Source: a virus. From it: 64,000 bases of DNA. Position 1 is the first letter of the stretch. Every line of letters begins with the position of its first letter. The stretch is taken from the UHGV virus genome UHGV-0148165. One strand, 5' to 3'. The position numbers and the translations under genes are program-made. Below the pieces are notes generated by a model. It did not search any database, was not told the DNA's origin, and saw only the letters and a list, made by a program, of their open reading frames with translations. This document shows, one piece after another, positions 1-10,098 of this stretch.

Positions 1-50
1 GATCTACACGTAAGGAGTCGTCGGCAGCGTCAGATGTGTATAAGAGACAG
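1..50. other. Illumina Nextera adapter remnant (P5 tail, i5 index, read-1 primer with Tn5 mosaic end); not biological sequence
   Basis: nt 1-9 GATCTACAC, 10-17 GTAAGGAG (8-nt index), 18-31 TCGTCGGCAGCGTC, 32-50 AGATGTGTATAAGAGACAG, read directly. Confidence 0.95.
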
Positions 51-75
51 GGTAGGTGAGTAATTAGAGGTTAAT

Positions 76-432
76 ATGTATAGTTCTGAATTTTCATATT
101 TAAAAATTGAAAAAATTTCATACGATTTTATAGATGAAAAGGTTTATTACAGTTTCCATGAACCACGTTTTAATAGTGAGGTTGGGTTTATTGCAGTAAA
201 AGACAATTTTATTTTAAAAATATATTCAGCATTAAAGGATTTTCATTACGAAAATATTAACCTAAAATTTAATAAAGAAAATGTTCGTAATTGCGCGGTA
301 ACAATTACAGGAAATAAAGGTACATGTGTTATGCTATCTGATGAAATTAATGATTTGCTAAATGATGCAGAAAATATTACTGCACCATCTATTGATGACC
401 AAATTTTTAATGCTTTTATGAATAGAGGTTAA
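76..432 (+). CDS. hypothetical early protein, 118 aa (position of the small 61.x ORFs upstream of the primase gene)
   Basis: ATG 76 with GAGG 5 nt upstream; complete ORF; no recognisable motif. Confidence 0.5.
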   Translation: MYSSEFSYLKIEKISYDFIDEKVYYSFHEPRFNSEVGFIAVKDNFILKIYSALKDFHYENINLKFNKENVRNCAVTITGNKGTCVMLSDEINDLLNDAENITAPSIDDQIFNAFMNRG

Positions 433-433
433 T

Positions 434-598
434 ATGAAAACATTTAAAGAATTTATCAAAGAAGATATGGTCGCCGGAGATTCAGGTGGTAATCCTGAAA
501 ATATCTCTACTGGAACAACATCAGGCGCTGTAGTAAATAAAGGTCCTGAACAGATTCCTAAAAAGAAAAAAGAGGAATCTAAAGAAAAAGAAGAGTAA
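434..598 (+). CDS. small hypothetical protein, 54 aa, Lys/Glu-rich C-terminus
   Basis: below ORF-track cut-off, read manually; ATG 434 after GAGG; stop 596-598 abuts gene 61 start. Confidence 0.35.
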   Translation: MKTFKEFIKEDMVAGDSGGNPENISTGTTSGAVVNKGPEQIPKKKKEESKEKEE

Positions 599-600
599 AA

Positions 601-1629
601 ATGTCATCAATACCTTGGATTGATAATGAGTTTGCATACCGTGCATTAGCTCATTTACCTAAATTCACACAAGTAAATAATAGTTCAACTTTTAAATTGC
701 GGTTTAGATGCCCTGTTTGTGGAGATTCAAAAACCGACCAGAATAAAGCTCGTGGATGGTATTATGGTGATAATAATGAAGGAAATATTCATTGTTATAA
801 CTGTAACTATCATGCACCAATAGGAATATATTTAAAGGAGTTTGAACCTGATTTATATCGTGAGTATATCTTTGAAATAAGAAAAGAAAAAGGTAAAAGT
901 CGTCCAGTAGAAAAACCTAAAGAACTTCCTAAACATCCTGAGAAGAAAATAATTAAATCTCTTCCGTCATGTGTTAGATTAGATAAACTGGCGGAAGACC
1001 ATCCAATTATAAAATATGTAAAAGCTCGTTGTATTCCAAAGGATAAATGGAAATATCTTTGGTTTACAACCGAATGGCCTAAATTAGTTAATAGCATAGC
1101 ACCGGGAACATACAAAAAGGAAATTTCTGAGCCTCGTCTTGTTATTCCAATTTATAATGCTAATGGAAAAGCTGAGTCTTTTCAAGGACGTGCATTAAAG
1201 AAAGATGCTCCTCAAAAATATATCACCATTAAAGCTTATCCTGAGGCAACAAAAATATATGGAGTCGAACGAGTTAAAGATGGCGATGTATATGTTCTAG
1301 AAGGACCTATAGATTCACTTTTTATTGAAAATGGTATAGCTATTACGGGTGGTCAATTAGACCTAGAAATTGTTCCATTTAAAGATAGACGCGTGTGGGT
1401 TTTAGATAATGAACCTCGTCACCCTGACACTATCAAGCGAATGACTAAATTAGTTGATGCAGGAGAAAGGGTTATGTTTTGGGATAAATCTCCCTGGAAA
1501 TCAAAAGATGTTAATGATATGATTAGAAAGGAAGGTGCAACCACTGAACAAATTATGGAATATATGAAAAATAATATTGCCCAGGGGTTGATGGCTAAAA
1601 TGCGGTTATCTAAATATTCCAAGATTTAA
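601..1629 (+). CDS. 61: DNA primase gp61, 342 aa
   Basis: N-terminal zinc ribbon CPVCGDS...CYNCNYH; length and sequence match T4 primase as recalled; synteny 61-dam-56. Confidence 0.9.
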   Translation: MSSIPWIDNEFAYRALAHLPKFTQVNNSSTFKLRFRCPVCGDSKTDQNKARGWYYGDNNEGNIHCYNCNYHAPIGIYLKEFEPDLYREYIFEIRKEKGKSRPVEKPKELPKHPEKKIIKSLPSCVRLDKLAEDHPIIKYVKARCIPKDKWKYLWFTTEWPKLVNSIAPGTYKKEISEPRLVIPIYNANGKAESFQGRALKKDAPQKYITIKAYPEATKIYGVERVKDGDVYVLEGPIDSLFIENGIAITGGQLDLEIVPFKDRRVWVLDNEPRHPDTIKRMTKLVDAGERVMFWDKSPWKSKDVNDMIRKEGATTEQIMEYMKNNIAQGLMAKMRLSKYSKI

Positions 1630-1826
1630 ATTAACCCAACTAAAGCAAATGCTAGATCTACGAATGTATCAAGAGTAACTACTGGAATATTAACACCATG
1701 CGCAATTGCAATTGGTGATAAAATAAAGTTCCAGAGTAAAATTCCTACCATAGCAGAAATAGTAAAAGCTATACGTTTCTTATTACCTTTGATGGCATTA
1801 ACAAGTGCCATTAATTTTTGTGCCAT
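1626..1826 (-). CDS. candidate small hydrophobic membrane protein, 66 aa, convergent with and overlapping the 3' end of gene 61
   Basis: minus-strand ORF fills an otherwise 295-bp noncoding gap; AAGGAGG 4 nt upstream of its ATG; predicted TM segment IAFTISAMVGILLWNFILSPIAIA. Confidence 0.3.
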   Translation of the reverse strand: MAQKLMALVNAIKGNKKRIAFTISAMVGILLWNFILSPIAIAHGVNIPVVTLDTFVDLAFALVGLI

Positions 1827-1869
1827 ATGTCCTCCTTTAAATTAATATTATCACAAATTTCATAAATTT

Positions 1870-1902
1870 GTTTACTTTCTCAGCTTGTTATGGTATTATA
1901 AA
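1870..1902 (+). promoter_or_regulatory. T4 early-type promoter (GTTTAC -35, about 18-nt spacer, TATTAT -10)
   Basis: GTTTAC 1870-1875, TATTAT 1894-1899; upstream of ORF 1925. Confidence 0.5.
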
Positions 1903-1924
1903 ATAAATTGCTGAGGATGATATA

Positions 1925-3264
<1,340 letters not shown>

Positions 3265-3324
3265 TTGCTTACATATTCAAATGATATAATTATTTAACTT
3301 ATTAATGAATTGAAAGGAAAAATA

Positions 3325-3843
3325 ATGGCTCACTTTAATGAATGCGCTCATTTGATCGAAGGTGTTGATAAAGCAACTCGTGCATATACTGAGAATATTA
3401 TGCACAATATTGACCCATTGCAGGTTATGCTTGATATGCAGCGGTCTTTACAGATTCGTTTGGCTAATGATAAGCCAGAAACAAATCGTCATCCTGATTC
3501 ACTTGAAACCGCAGGAGAAGTTCTTGCTTGGCTGCGAAACCAAGACGATTATATCGCAGACGAAACTCGCGAGCTATATACTTCTCTTGGTGGTATGAGT
3601 AATGGTGAAAAAGAAGCTTCTGCTGTATGGAAACCTTGGAAGAAACGTTATTCTGAAATGCAATCCAAGAAAATTCAAGATTTATCTCCTGAAGATCAAC
3701 TTGAAATTAAATTTGAACTAATTGACCAATTTCACTTTTTCATGAATAAATTTATTGCTCTTGGAATGTCAGCTGAAGAAATCTTTAAACTTTATTATCT
3801 GAAAAATGCTGAAAACTTCGCTCGTCAAGATCGAGGTTATTAA
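3325..3843 (+). CDS. 56: dCTP pyrophosphatase gp56 (MazG-like all-alpha NTP pyrophosphatase), 172 aa
   Basis: ATG 3325 after AAGGA (track ORF starts at upstream TTG 3310); acidic ETAGEVLAWL...DETRE motif. Confidence 0.85.
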   Translation: MAHFNECAHLIEGVDKATRAYTENIMHNIDPLQVMLDMQRSLQIRLANDKPETNRHPDSLETAGEVLAWLRNQDDYIADETRELYTSLGGMSNGEKEASAVWKPWKKRYSEMQSKKIQDLSPEDQLEIKFELIDQFHFFMNKFIALGMSAEEIFKLYYLKNAENFARQDRGY

Positions 3844-3888
3844 TAGCTCGTTTAAATAAACGACGACTTAAAAGCCGCGAGAATTTAT

Positions 3889-3896
3889 TATAAATA
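3889..3896 (+). promoter_or_regulatory. late promoter TATAAATA upstream of soc
   Basis: exact TATAAATA 31 nt upstream of soc ATG. Confidence 0.5.
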
Positions 3897-3926
3897 ATCA
3901 TGTAATTTAAATAAAAGGAGAATTAC

Positions 3927-4172
3927 ATGGCTAGTACTCGCGGTTATGTTAATATTAAAACATTTGAGCAGAAATTAGATGGAAATAAGAAAATTGAAGG
4001 AAAGGAAATTTCTGTAGCTTTCCCTCTTTATTCTGACGTTCACAAAATTTCTGGCGCTCATTACCAGATATTCCCTTCAGAAAAAGCAGCATATTCTACA
4101 GTATATGAAGAAAATCAACGTGCTGCATGGATTGCTGCAAATGAAGATTTGTGGAAAGTAACTGGTGAATAA
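3927..4172 (+). CDS. soc: small outer capsid protein Soc, 81 aa
   Basis: MASTRGYVNIKTFEQKLDGNKKIEGKEISVAFPLYSDVHKISGAHYQ... matches T4 Soc as recalled. Confidence 0.9.
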   Translation: MASTRGYVNIKTFEQKLDGNKKIEGKEISVAFPLYSDVHKISGAHYQIFPSEKAAYSTVYEENQRAAWIAANEDLWKVTGE

Positions 4173-4176
4173 ATTT

Positions 4177-4202
4177 AAGGACTCCTTCGGGAGTCCTTTT
4201 TT
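4177..4202 (+). terminator. intrinsic terminator, UUCG-tetraloop hairpin plus T-run
   Basis: AAGGACTCC-TTCG-GGAGTCCTT followed by TTTT directly after soc stop. Confidence 0.65.
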
Positions 4203-4212
4203 CATTTAAACG

Positions 4213-4242
4213 GTTTACTTTCCAAAATGAGTATGGTATAAT
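4213..4242 (+). promoter_or_regulatory. T4 early-type promoter
   Basis: GTTTAC 4213-4218, 18-nt spacer, TATAAT 4237-4242. Confidence 0.55.
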
Positions 4243-4268
4243 AAAAATATCTTATAGAGGAGAACACC

Positions 4269-4481
4269 ATGTTAAATCGTTGGATTAAACCAAATGAAGA
4301 CCTCCAGAAGGTTCTTGATAAAGCTATCTCTGATAAATGGGGTATGAAAAGCTGGGATTGTGATATCGTCACGCATTCATTCATGATGCATGCAGATGGT
4401 TCAGTCGAGTTCAATGCTGAAATGCGATACACTGACTGGGGTGGATTTCAAAGAGTCGAATTTCAAAGAGGCTTTTTGTAA
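4269..4481 (+). CDS. hypothetical protein, 70 aa
   Basis: ATG 4269 after AGAGGAGA; tight packing with next ORF. Confidence 0.45.
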   Translation: MLNRWIKPNEDLQKVLDKAISDKWGMKSWDCDIVTHSFMMHADGSVEFNAEMRYTDWGGFQRVEFQRGFL

Positions 4482-4822
4482 TGTTTATCTTTAATTGGTT
4501 TAAAAGTTTCTTTACGGATTTTTTCTCTACGACTCCTGGGGAAGGTGTAGTTCCTATTTCAAATGACTACCTTCCTTTAACTGTAGTTGAGTATGTTTAT
4601 ATGGAAGATGGAACAGTAGAAGCAGTTACTATGACTTATGAAGAAGCCCAAGAATATTATAAAAATCCTTGGCGCTGGTCAACACCTACTACATCATCTA
4701 ATACACAGAATACACAGTCTAGTTCTGATTCATATGATACTAATGTTCCTGTTCATGTGTGGACGGGTGATTCATGTGGAAGTTCTTGTGATTCTAGTTG
4801 TTCATCTACATCTTGTGATTGA
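4481..4822 (+). CDS. hypothetical protein, 113 aa, Cys/Ser-rich C-terminal tail
   Basis: ORF with start overlapping upstream stop; C-terminus [18 protein letters not shown]. Confidence 0.45.
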   Translation: MFIFNWFKSFFTDFFSTTPGEGVVPISNDYLPLTVVEYVYMEDGTVEAVTMTYEEAQEYYKNPWRWSTPTTSSNTQNTQSSSDSYDTNVPVHVWTGDSCGSSCDSSCSSTSCD

Positions 4823-5316
4823 GGAAAATTATGGAAGCAATTTTGTTTGAAATGTATATTAGCAGTAATAGTATGTCGTTTGCTAAAGATGTTCCAATTA
4901 CTGTAGCCGTAATGATTGATAAGGGTTATCGTAACCCTATGTATCTCGTAGAAAATTTTGTTTCAATGCCAGTTCCAGAAGATGTTGAAATAAAACTTAA
5001 AAAGATCGGAATTATTGAAACTGTGCCAAATAGTCCGTTTAGAGCAATTGAAGCATTTACTAAATCCGAATACATTAATGTTAGCGCAGAACAATATAAT
5101 GGTAATCCTTTATCTTTTTATTCGTACGATTCAGTATATGACTGGAAAATAGATAAAGGAAATAAATTTATAATTGCGAGTGAAGATGCTTTATCATACT
5201 TCATTTATTATGTATGGAATAATTTAAATCCAAAATTGCTAAAAATTCATGAATTTGACGATGCTCCTACTATTGTTTTAGGTAAAATAAATGAAAGCTC
5301 TCAAGAAGATTCTTGA
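4819..5316 (+). CDS. hypothetical protein, 165 aa
   Basis: complete ORF, start overlaps upstream stop. Confidence 0.5.
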   Translation: MRKIMEAILFEMYISSNSMSFAKDVPITVAVMIDKGYRNPMYLVENFVSMPVPEDVEIKLKKIGIIETVPNSPFRAIEAFTKSEYINVSAEQYNGNPLSFYSYDSVYDWKIDKGNKFIIASEDALSYFIYYVWNNLNPKLLKIHEFDDAPTIVLGKINESSQEDS

Positions 5317-5494
5317 ATGGTTCAATAGACCAAACTCAATGTATATTGATGATGGTTGGGTTGAACAAGCAAATAAAGAAATGCAGAACGAATCGGAAGA
5401 ATGGATGAAATCAATGATTAGCGCTGAGAAAGAAAAGAAATTAGAACGCTCAGCGCTTAAATTGATGAGAGACATCTATGGGGATAAATCATGA
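5291..5494 (+). CDS. hypothetical protein, 67 aa
   Basis: ATG 5291; overlaps 3' end of previous ORF in another frame. Confidence 0.4.
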   Translation: MKALKKILEWFNRPNSMYIDDGWVEQANKEMQNESEEWMKSMISAEKEKKLERSALKLMRDIYGDKS

Positions 5495-5655
5495 ACAAAG
5501 ATATGACGTTAGAAGAGGCTAAAGCAAAAGCAAATGAAGCACTGGATTTGCTTCTTAAAATTGGCAGTAAAATGATGGAAGAAAATGAGAAATATATCCA
5601 GGAAAACAAAATTCCCGATGGTCCATTAGTAGGCAAAAGGAAATCACATGATTGA
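5491..5655 (+). CDS. small hypothetical protein, 54 aa
   Basis: below track cut-off, read manually; ATG 5491 overlaps upstream stop (ATGA). Confidence 0.3.
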   Translation: MNKDMTLEEAKAKANEALDLLLKIGSKMMEENEKYIQENKIPDGPLVGKRKSHD

Positions 5656-6118
5656 AGTAGCAAAACATTATTCAGTAGAATTCATGTCTAAAGAAGGTAA
5701 ATCAGTAAATACTCTTGGTAAAAAATGCTCATTGATTATTCCTTTAGCAGAAAATCCAGATAGTTTAATTAAAGATATAAAAGAAAGAAAATATCCAGAA
5801 AATGTTATTCTAATTATAAAGCATACTGAAGATATTTTGCATAATACCGATTCACCGTTTTCTTCTTCTGAGGCTTTAACTATTAAAGGCTATAAAAGAG
5901 CTCATGAATATGGTCTTTTTGACCTGTTTGAAGATGATAAAGTTAAATTAGCGAGTCAACCTTCGAAAAGTAAAACATTCATTATTGAAGATATTAAAGA
6001 TATAAATGCATTTGTTAAGATGGTCTGGGCTCATTTTGATGTTGGACTACGCTGGAGAATGTCTGAAGAAGAAAGAAAGATTATTGAAGCTAATCGTCAA
6101 TTTGGTTTTTATCGCTAG
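5648..6118 (+). CDS. hypothetical protein, 156 aa
   Basis: complete ORF in early gene block. Confidence 0.5.
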   Translation: MIEVAKHYSVEFMSKEGKSVNTLGKKCSLIIPLAENPDSLIKDIKERKYPENVILIIKHTEDILHNTDSPFSSSEALTIKGYKRAHEYGLFDLFEDDKVKLASQPSKSKTFIIEDIKDINAFVKMVWAHFDVGLRWRMSEEERKIIEANRQFGFYR

Positions 6119-6126
6119 GAATTAGT

Positions 6127-6309
6127 ATGGATTTATTTGAGATGTTAGAAGATAATCATTCTACGAATATCCAGAATGATTCTAGTGATTATAAGAAAGA
6201 GTACCGTATAGTATTACAGAATTATGGAATTGAAGCCCCAGATGCTCTTCTAGAAGAACTAGCTTCATACCATCTTGACCCTCCGCCTTGGGCTCCTTGG
6301 GCAAAATAA
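6127..6309 (+). CDS. hypothetical protein, 60 aa
   Basis: short ORF; proline-rich C-terminus. Confidence 0.35.
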   Translation: MDLFEMLEDNHSTNIQNDSSDYKKEYRIVLQNYGIEAPDALLEELASYHLDPPPWAPWAK

Positions 6310-6320
6310 TTCAAAAAGTT

Positions 6321-6350
6321 GTTTACTTTCCTTTCTAACAATGATATGAT
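6321..6350 (+). promoter_or_regulatory. T4 early-type promoter
   Basis: GTTTAC 6321-6326, TATGAT 6345-6350; 8-bp inverted repeat ATGATAGC/GCTATCAT spans -10 to start region. Confidence 0.5.
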
Positions 6351-6376
6351 AGCTTCTGAAGTATACGGAGGCTATC

Positions 6377-7000
6377 ATGATTATTAATCTTGCAGATGTT
6401 GAACAGTTATCTATAAAAGCTGAAAGCGTTGATTTTCAATATGATATGTATAAAAAGGTCTGTGAAAAATTTACTGACTTTGAACAGTCAATTCTTTGGC
6501 AATGTATGGAAGCTAAAAAGAATGAAGCTCTTCATCAGCAGTTGAATAAAATCATTAAAAAGCATTTAACTAAATCACCATATCAGTTATATCGTGGTAT
6601 ATCAAAATCGACAAAAGAACTCATTAAAGATTTACAAGTCGGAGAAGTGTTTTCAACGAACAGGGTAGATTCATTTACTACTAGTTTGCACACAGCATGC
6701 GGTTTTTCTTATGTTGAGTATTTCACTGAAATAATATTTCGCTTAAAAACTGATAAAGCTTTTAATTATTCTGACCATATCAGCGATATTATACTTTCTT
6801 CTCCTAATACTGAGTTCAAGTACACGTATGAAGATACTGATGGATTAGATTCAGAGCGTACTGATAACTTAATGATGATTGTGCGTGAACAAGAATGGAT
6901 GATTCCAATTGGAAAGTATAGAATAACTTCTATTTCAAAAGAAAAATTACACGATTCATTTGGAACATTTAAAGTTTATGATATTGAGGTAGTTGAATGA
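6377..7000 (+). CDS. modA: ADP-ribosyltransferase, Mod family, 207 aa
   Basis: ART motifs: YRG (Arg), STN, EQEW (E-x-E); tandem with second Mod paralog; order as in T4. Confidence 0.65.
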   Translation: MIINLADVEQLSIKAESVDFQYDMYKKVCEKFTDFEQSILWQCMEAKKNEALHQQLNKIIKKHLTKSPYQLYRGISKSTKELIKDLQVGEVFSTNRVDSFTTSLHTACGFSYVEYFTEIIFRLKTDKAFNYSDHISDIILSSPNTEFKYTYEDTDGLDSERTDNLMMIVREQEWMIPIGKYRITSISKEKLHDSFGTFKVYDIEVVE

Positions 7001-7599
7001 AATACTCAGTAATGCAACTAAAAGATTTTAAAATAAAATCAATGGATGCATCGGTGCGTGCTTCTATTCGTGAAGAATTACTTTCTGAAGGGTTTAATTT
7101 ATCTGAAATTGAACTTTTAATTCATTGTATTACTAATAAACCAGACGATCATTCTTGGTTAAATGAAATAGTCAAATCTCGTTTGGTTCCAAACGATAAA
7201 CCTCTTTGGAGAGGTGTTCCAGCTGAGACTAAGCAAGTATTAAATCAAGGAATTGATATTATTACATTTGATAAAGTCGTATCAGCTTCATATGATAAAA
7301 ATATAGCTCTACATTTTGCTTCCGGTTTAGAGTATAACACACAAGTTATTTTTGAATTCAAAGCTCCTATGGTATTCAATTTCCAGGAGTATGCTATAAA
7401 AGCTCTACGGTGTAAAGAATACAATCCAAACTTTAAGTTTCCGGATAGTCATCGTTATCGTAATATGGAATTAGTTTCAGATGAACAAGAAGTAATGATA
7501 CCAGCTGGAAGTGTATTTAGAATTGCAGATAGATATGAGTACAAAAAGTATTCAACATATACTATCTATACTCTTGATTTTGAAGGATTTAATCTATAA
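6997..7599 (+). CDS. modB: ADP-ribosyltransferase, Mod family, 200 aa
   Basis: ART motifs: LWRG, EQEV (E-x-E); start overlaps modA stop. Confidence 0.65.
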   Translation: MKYSVMQLKDFKIKSMDASVRASIREELLSEGFNLSEIELLIHCITNKPDDHSWLNEIVKSRLVPNDKPLWRGVPAETKQVLNQGIDIITFDKVVSASYDKNIALHFASGLEYNTQVIFEFKAPMVFNFQEYAIKALRCKEYNPNFKFPDSHRYRNMELVSDEQEVMIPAGSVFRIADRYEYKKYSTYTIYTLDFEGFNL

Positions 7600-7656
7600 T
7601 GGAAGGACTTAGATTCATTATACCATGAAAGTTTTAAAGCATTTTTACATAAAGTT

Positions 7657-7686
7657 GTTTACAAGTTAAGGTAAAAATGTTATAGT
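7657..7686 (+). promoter_or_regulatory. T4 early-type promoter
   Basis: GTTTAC 7657-7662, 18-nt spacer, TATAGT 7681-7686. Confidence 0.5.
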
Positions 7687-7716
7687 ATAAGTAGTTAACC
7701 CGTCCGTGAGAAAAAT

Positions 7717-8463
7717 ATGAAACTGTCTAAAAATCAAATTCGTAAAATTACACGTCGTCTAGAGCACACTCAGGCATCTGCTAAAAGACGTTCTAAAGAT
7801 TTTAACTTAGACTTCAATTACATTAAGAACATTTTAGATCAAAAAGTTTGTGCTTACTCGGGAGAACCTTTTGATAATCGTATTGAAGGAGAGAAATTAT
7901 CATTAGAACGTTTTGATAATAACGTTGGATACATTAAAGGGAATGTTATTGCAGTAAAGAAAAAGTATAATACATTTCGTTCTGATTATACTTTAGAAGA
8001 GTTGATTGAAAAGCGTGATTTATTTGCTTTGCGAATTGGTCGTTCATCTGCGAAAAAAGTTCATAAACTAAAATTAGATGAAAAGAAATGGGCTAAAATC
8101 AAAAAGACTTATAATCAAATTAAAGCTATACAGAAAAAACGTGAAAACCGAATTGAACACATTTCTCAGCTTTCTAAATCAAAACAAACCTCAGACATTA
8201 AGCTAACGATTGTAGCACTCAAAGCTCGTATTGATGGTTCTCGTATAGCAGAAGGCGCTGAAGTTGTTAAATTGAACGTTCTTCTTAAAGGCTCGGATTG
8301 GAAAACTGTGAAAAAGTTGTCAGAAGCAGAAATGCAATATGATATGTGTGATAAAATTATTCAAGGTGTAGAGCGGTATCAAAACTTGTCTTTTATTGAT
8401 AAACTTAAACTGAAAAGAGGATACCCGCTAAATTGTTCAATTTTTAAACTTATCCGAGGATAA
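7717..8463 (+). CDS. srd: Srd-like protein (sigma-related early protein), 248 aa
   Basis: size and position between modB and dda as in T4; basic protein. Confidence 0.55.
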   Translation: MKLSKNQIRKITRRLEHTQASAKRRSKDFNLDFNYIKNILDQKVCAYSGEPFDNRIEGEKLSLERFDNNVGYIKGNVIAVKKKYNTFRSDYTLEELIEKRDLFALRIGRSSAKKVHKLKLDEKKWAKIKKTYNQIKAIQKKRENRIEHISQLSKSKQTSDIKLTIVALKARIDGSRIAEGAEVVKLNVLLKGSDWKTVKKLSEAEMQYDMCDKIIQGVERYQNLSFIDKLKLKRGYPLNCSIFKLIRG

Positions 8464-8464
8464 T

Positions 8465-8776
8465 ATGGTTTATGTATATGCGATAGTTTACCGAGACAAA
8501 GACGGATTTACGGCGCCAGTTCCGCTTGATGAACATCGTCCTGCTGTATTTTTTGAATGGAAGATTGCTGATAAAGTATTTACTACTCTTAAAGAGCAGT
8601 ATCGACTAGCTTTAGGTAAGGGAATTCCAAGATTAGTTGAGACTCCACGTAAATTTTGGTTTAATAAAATAGAAGTTAAACATGTTAAGCCTGACGTAGA
8701 CACACAAAGATTATATCAGCGAATTTTAGATACTGGGCGTATTGTTAGTATACCAATTGCAGGGAATTTACGATGA
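8465..8776 (+). CDS. hypothetical protein, 103 aa
   Basis: complete ORF immediately upstream of dda. Confidence 0.45.
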   Translation: MVYVYAIVYRDKDGFTAPVPLDEHRPAVFFEWKIADKVFTTLKEQYRLALGKGIPRLVETPRKFWFNKIEVKHVKPDVDTQRLYQRILDTGRIVSIPIAGNLR

Positions 8777-10092
8777 CATTTGATGATTTGACCGAAGGCC
8801 AGAAAAATGCCTTTAACATTGTTATGAAGGCTATTAAAGAAAAGAAACACCATGTAACTATTAATGGACCTGCCGGTACCGGTAAGACTACTCTTACTAA
8901 GTTCATCATTGAAGCTTTAATATCTACGGGTGAAACTGGTATTATTTTAGCAGCTCCTACACATGCAGCTAAAAAGATTCTTTCAAAACTGTCAGGGAAA
9001 GAAGCGAGTACTATTCATAGTATTCTTAAAATTAACCCAGTAACATATGAAGAAAATGTTCTTTTTGAACAAAAAGAAGTACCAGATTTAGCTAAATGCA
9101 GAGTATTAATCTGCGATGAAGTGTCAATGTATGATAGAAAGCTATTTAAAATTCTGCTTTCAACTATCCCGCCGTGGTGTACTATAATTGGAATAGGTGA
9201 TAATAAGCAAATTAGACCTGTTGACCCAGGAGAAAATACTGCTTATATCAGTCCATTCTTTACACATAAAGATTTTTATCAGTGTGAACTCACTGAAGTT
9301 AAACGCAGTAATGCTCCTATTATTGATGTAGCTACTGACGTTCGTAACGGTAAGTGGATTTATGATAAAGTTGTTGACGGGCATGGAGTACGTGGATTTA
9401 CTGGTGATACCGCTTTACGCAATTTTATGGTAAATTATTTTTCAATCGTAAAATCACTAGATGATTTGTTTGAAAATCGCGTAATGGCATTTACGAATAA
9501 ATCTGTCGACAAGTTAAATAGTATTATTCGCAAAAAGATTTTTGAAACTGATAAAGATTTTATCGTCGGTGAAATTATTGTAATGCAGGAACCATTAATT
9601 AAAACATATAAAATTGATGGAAAGCCTGTGTCAGAAATTATTTTTAATAACGGACAATTAGTTCGTATTATAGAAGCAGAGTATACATCAACATTTGTTA
9701 AAGCTCGTGGTGTTTCTGGAGAATATCTAATTCGTCATTGGGATTTAACAGTAGAAACTTACGGCGATGATGAATATTATCGTGAAAAGATTAAAATAAT
9801 TTCATCCGATGAAGAATTGTATAAGTTTAACCTATTTTTAGGTAAAACAGCAGAAACTTATAAAAATTGGAACAAAGGCGGAAAAGCTCCGTGGAGTGAT
9901 TTTTGGGATGCTAAATCACAGTTTAGTAAAGTGAAAGCACTTCCTGCATCAACATTCCATAAAGCTCAGGGTATGTCTGTAGACCGTGCTTTCATTTATA
10001 CGCCTTGTATTCATTATGCAGATGCTGAATTGGCCCAACAACTTCTTTATGTTGGTGTTACCCGTGGTCGTTATGATGTATTTTATGTATGA
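8773..10092 (+). CDS. dda: Dda DNA helicase (SF1B), 439 aa
   Basis: Walker A NGPAGTGKTT, Walker B LICDE; length matches T4 Dda. Confidence 0.9.
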   Translation: MTFDDLTEGQKNAFNIVMKAIKEKKHHVTINGPAGTGKTTLTKFIIEALISTGETGIILAAPTHAAKKILSKLSGKEASTIHSILKINPVTYEENVLFEQKEVPDLAKCRVLICDEVSMYDRKLFKILLSTIPPWCTIIGIGDNKQIRPVDPGENTAYISPFFTHKDFYQCELTEVKRSNAPIIDVATDVRNGKWIYDKVVDGHGVRGFTGDTALRNFMVNYFSIVKSLDDLFENRVMAFTNKSVDKLNSIIRKKIFETDKDFIVGEIIVMQEPLIKTYKIDGKPVSEIIFNNGQLVRIIEAEYTSTFVKARGVSGEYLIRHWDLTVETYGDDEYYREKIKIISSDEELYKFNLFLGKTAETYKNWNKGGKAPWSDFWDAKSQFSKVKALPASTFHKAQGMSVDRAFIYTPCIHYADAELAQQLLYVGVTRGRYDVFYV

Positions 10093-10098
10093 TTAAAT

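Noticed and set aside
810-1115. 101-aa minus-strand ORF inside the primase gene
   Set aside because: Antisense to a confidently identified gene, no start signals; typical six-frame artefact. The same reasoning applies to the other antisense or alternate-frame ORFs nested in known genes (for example 2047-2262, 3024-3212, 9160-9384, 14823-15113, 19236-19598, 23147-23497, 29031-29273, 30162-30425, 31262-31732, 35836-36078, 46007-46228, 53673-53864, 56027-56305, 60746-60982).
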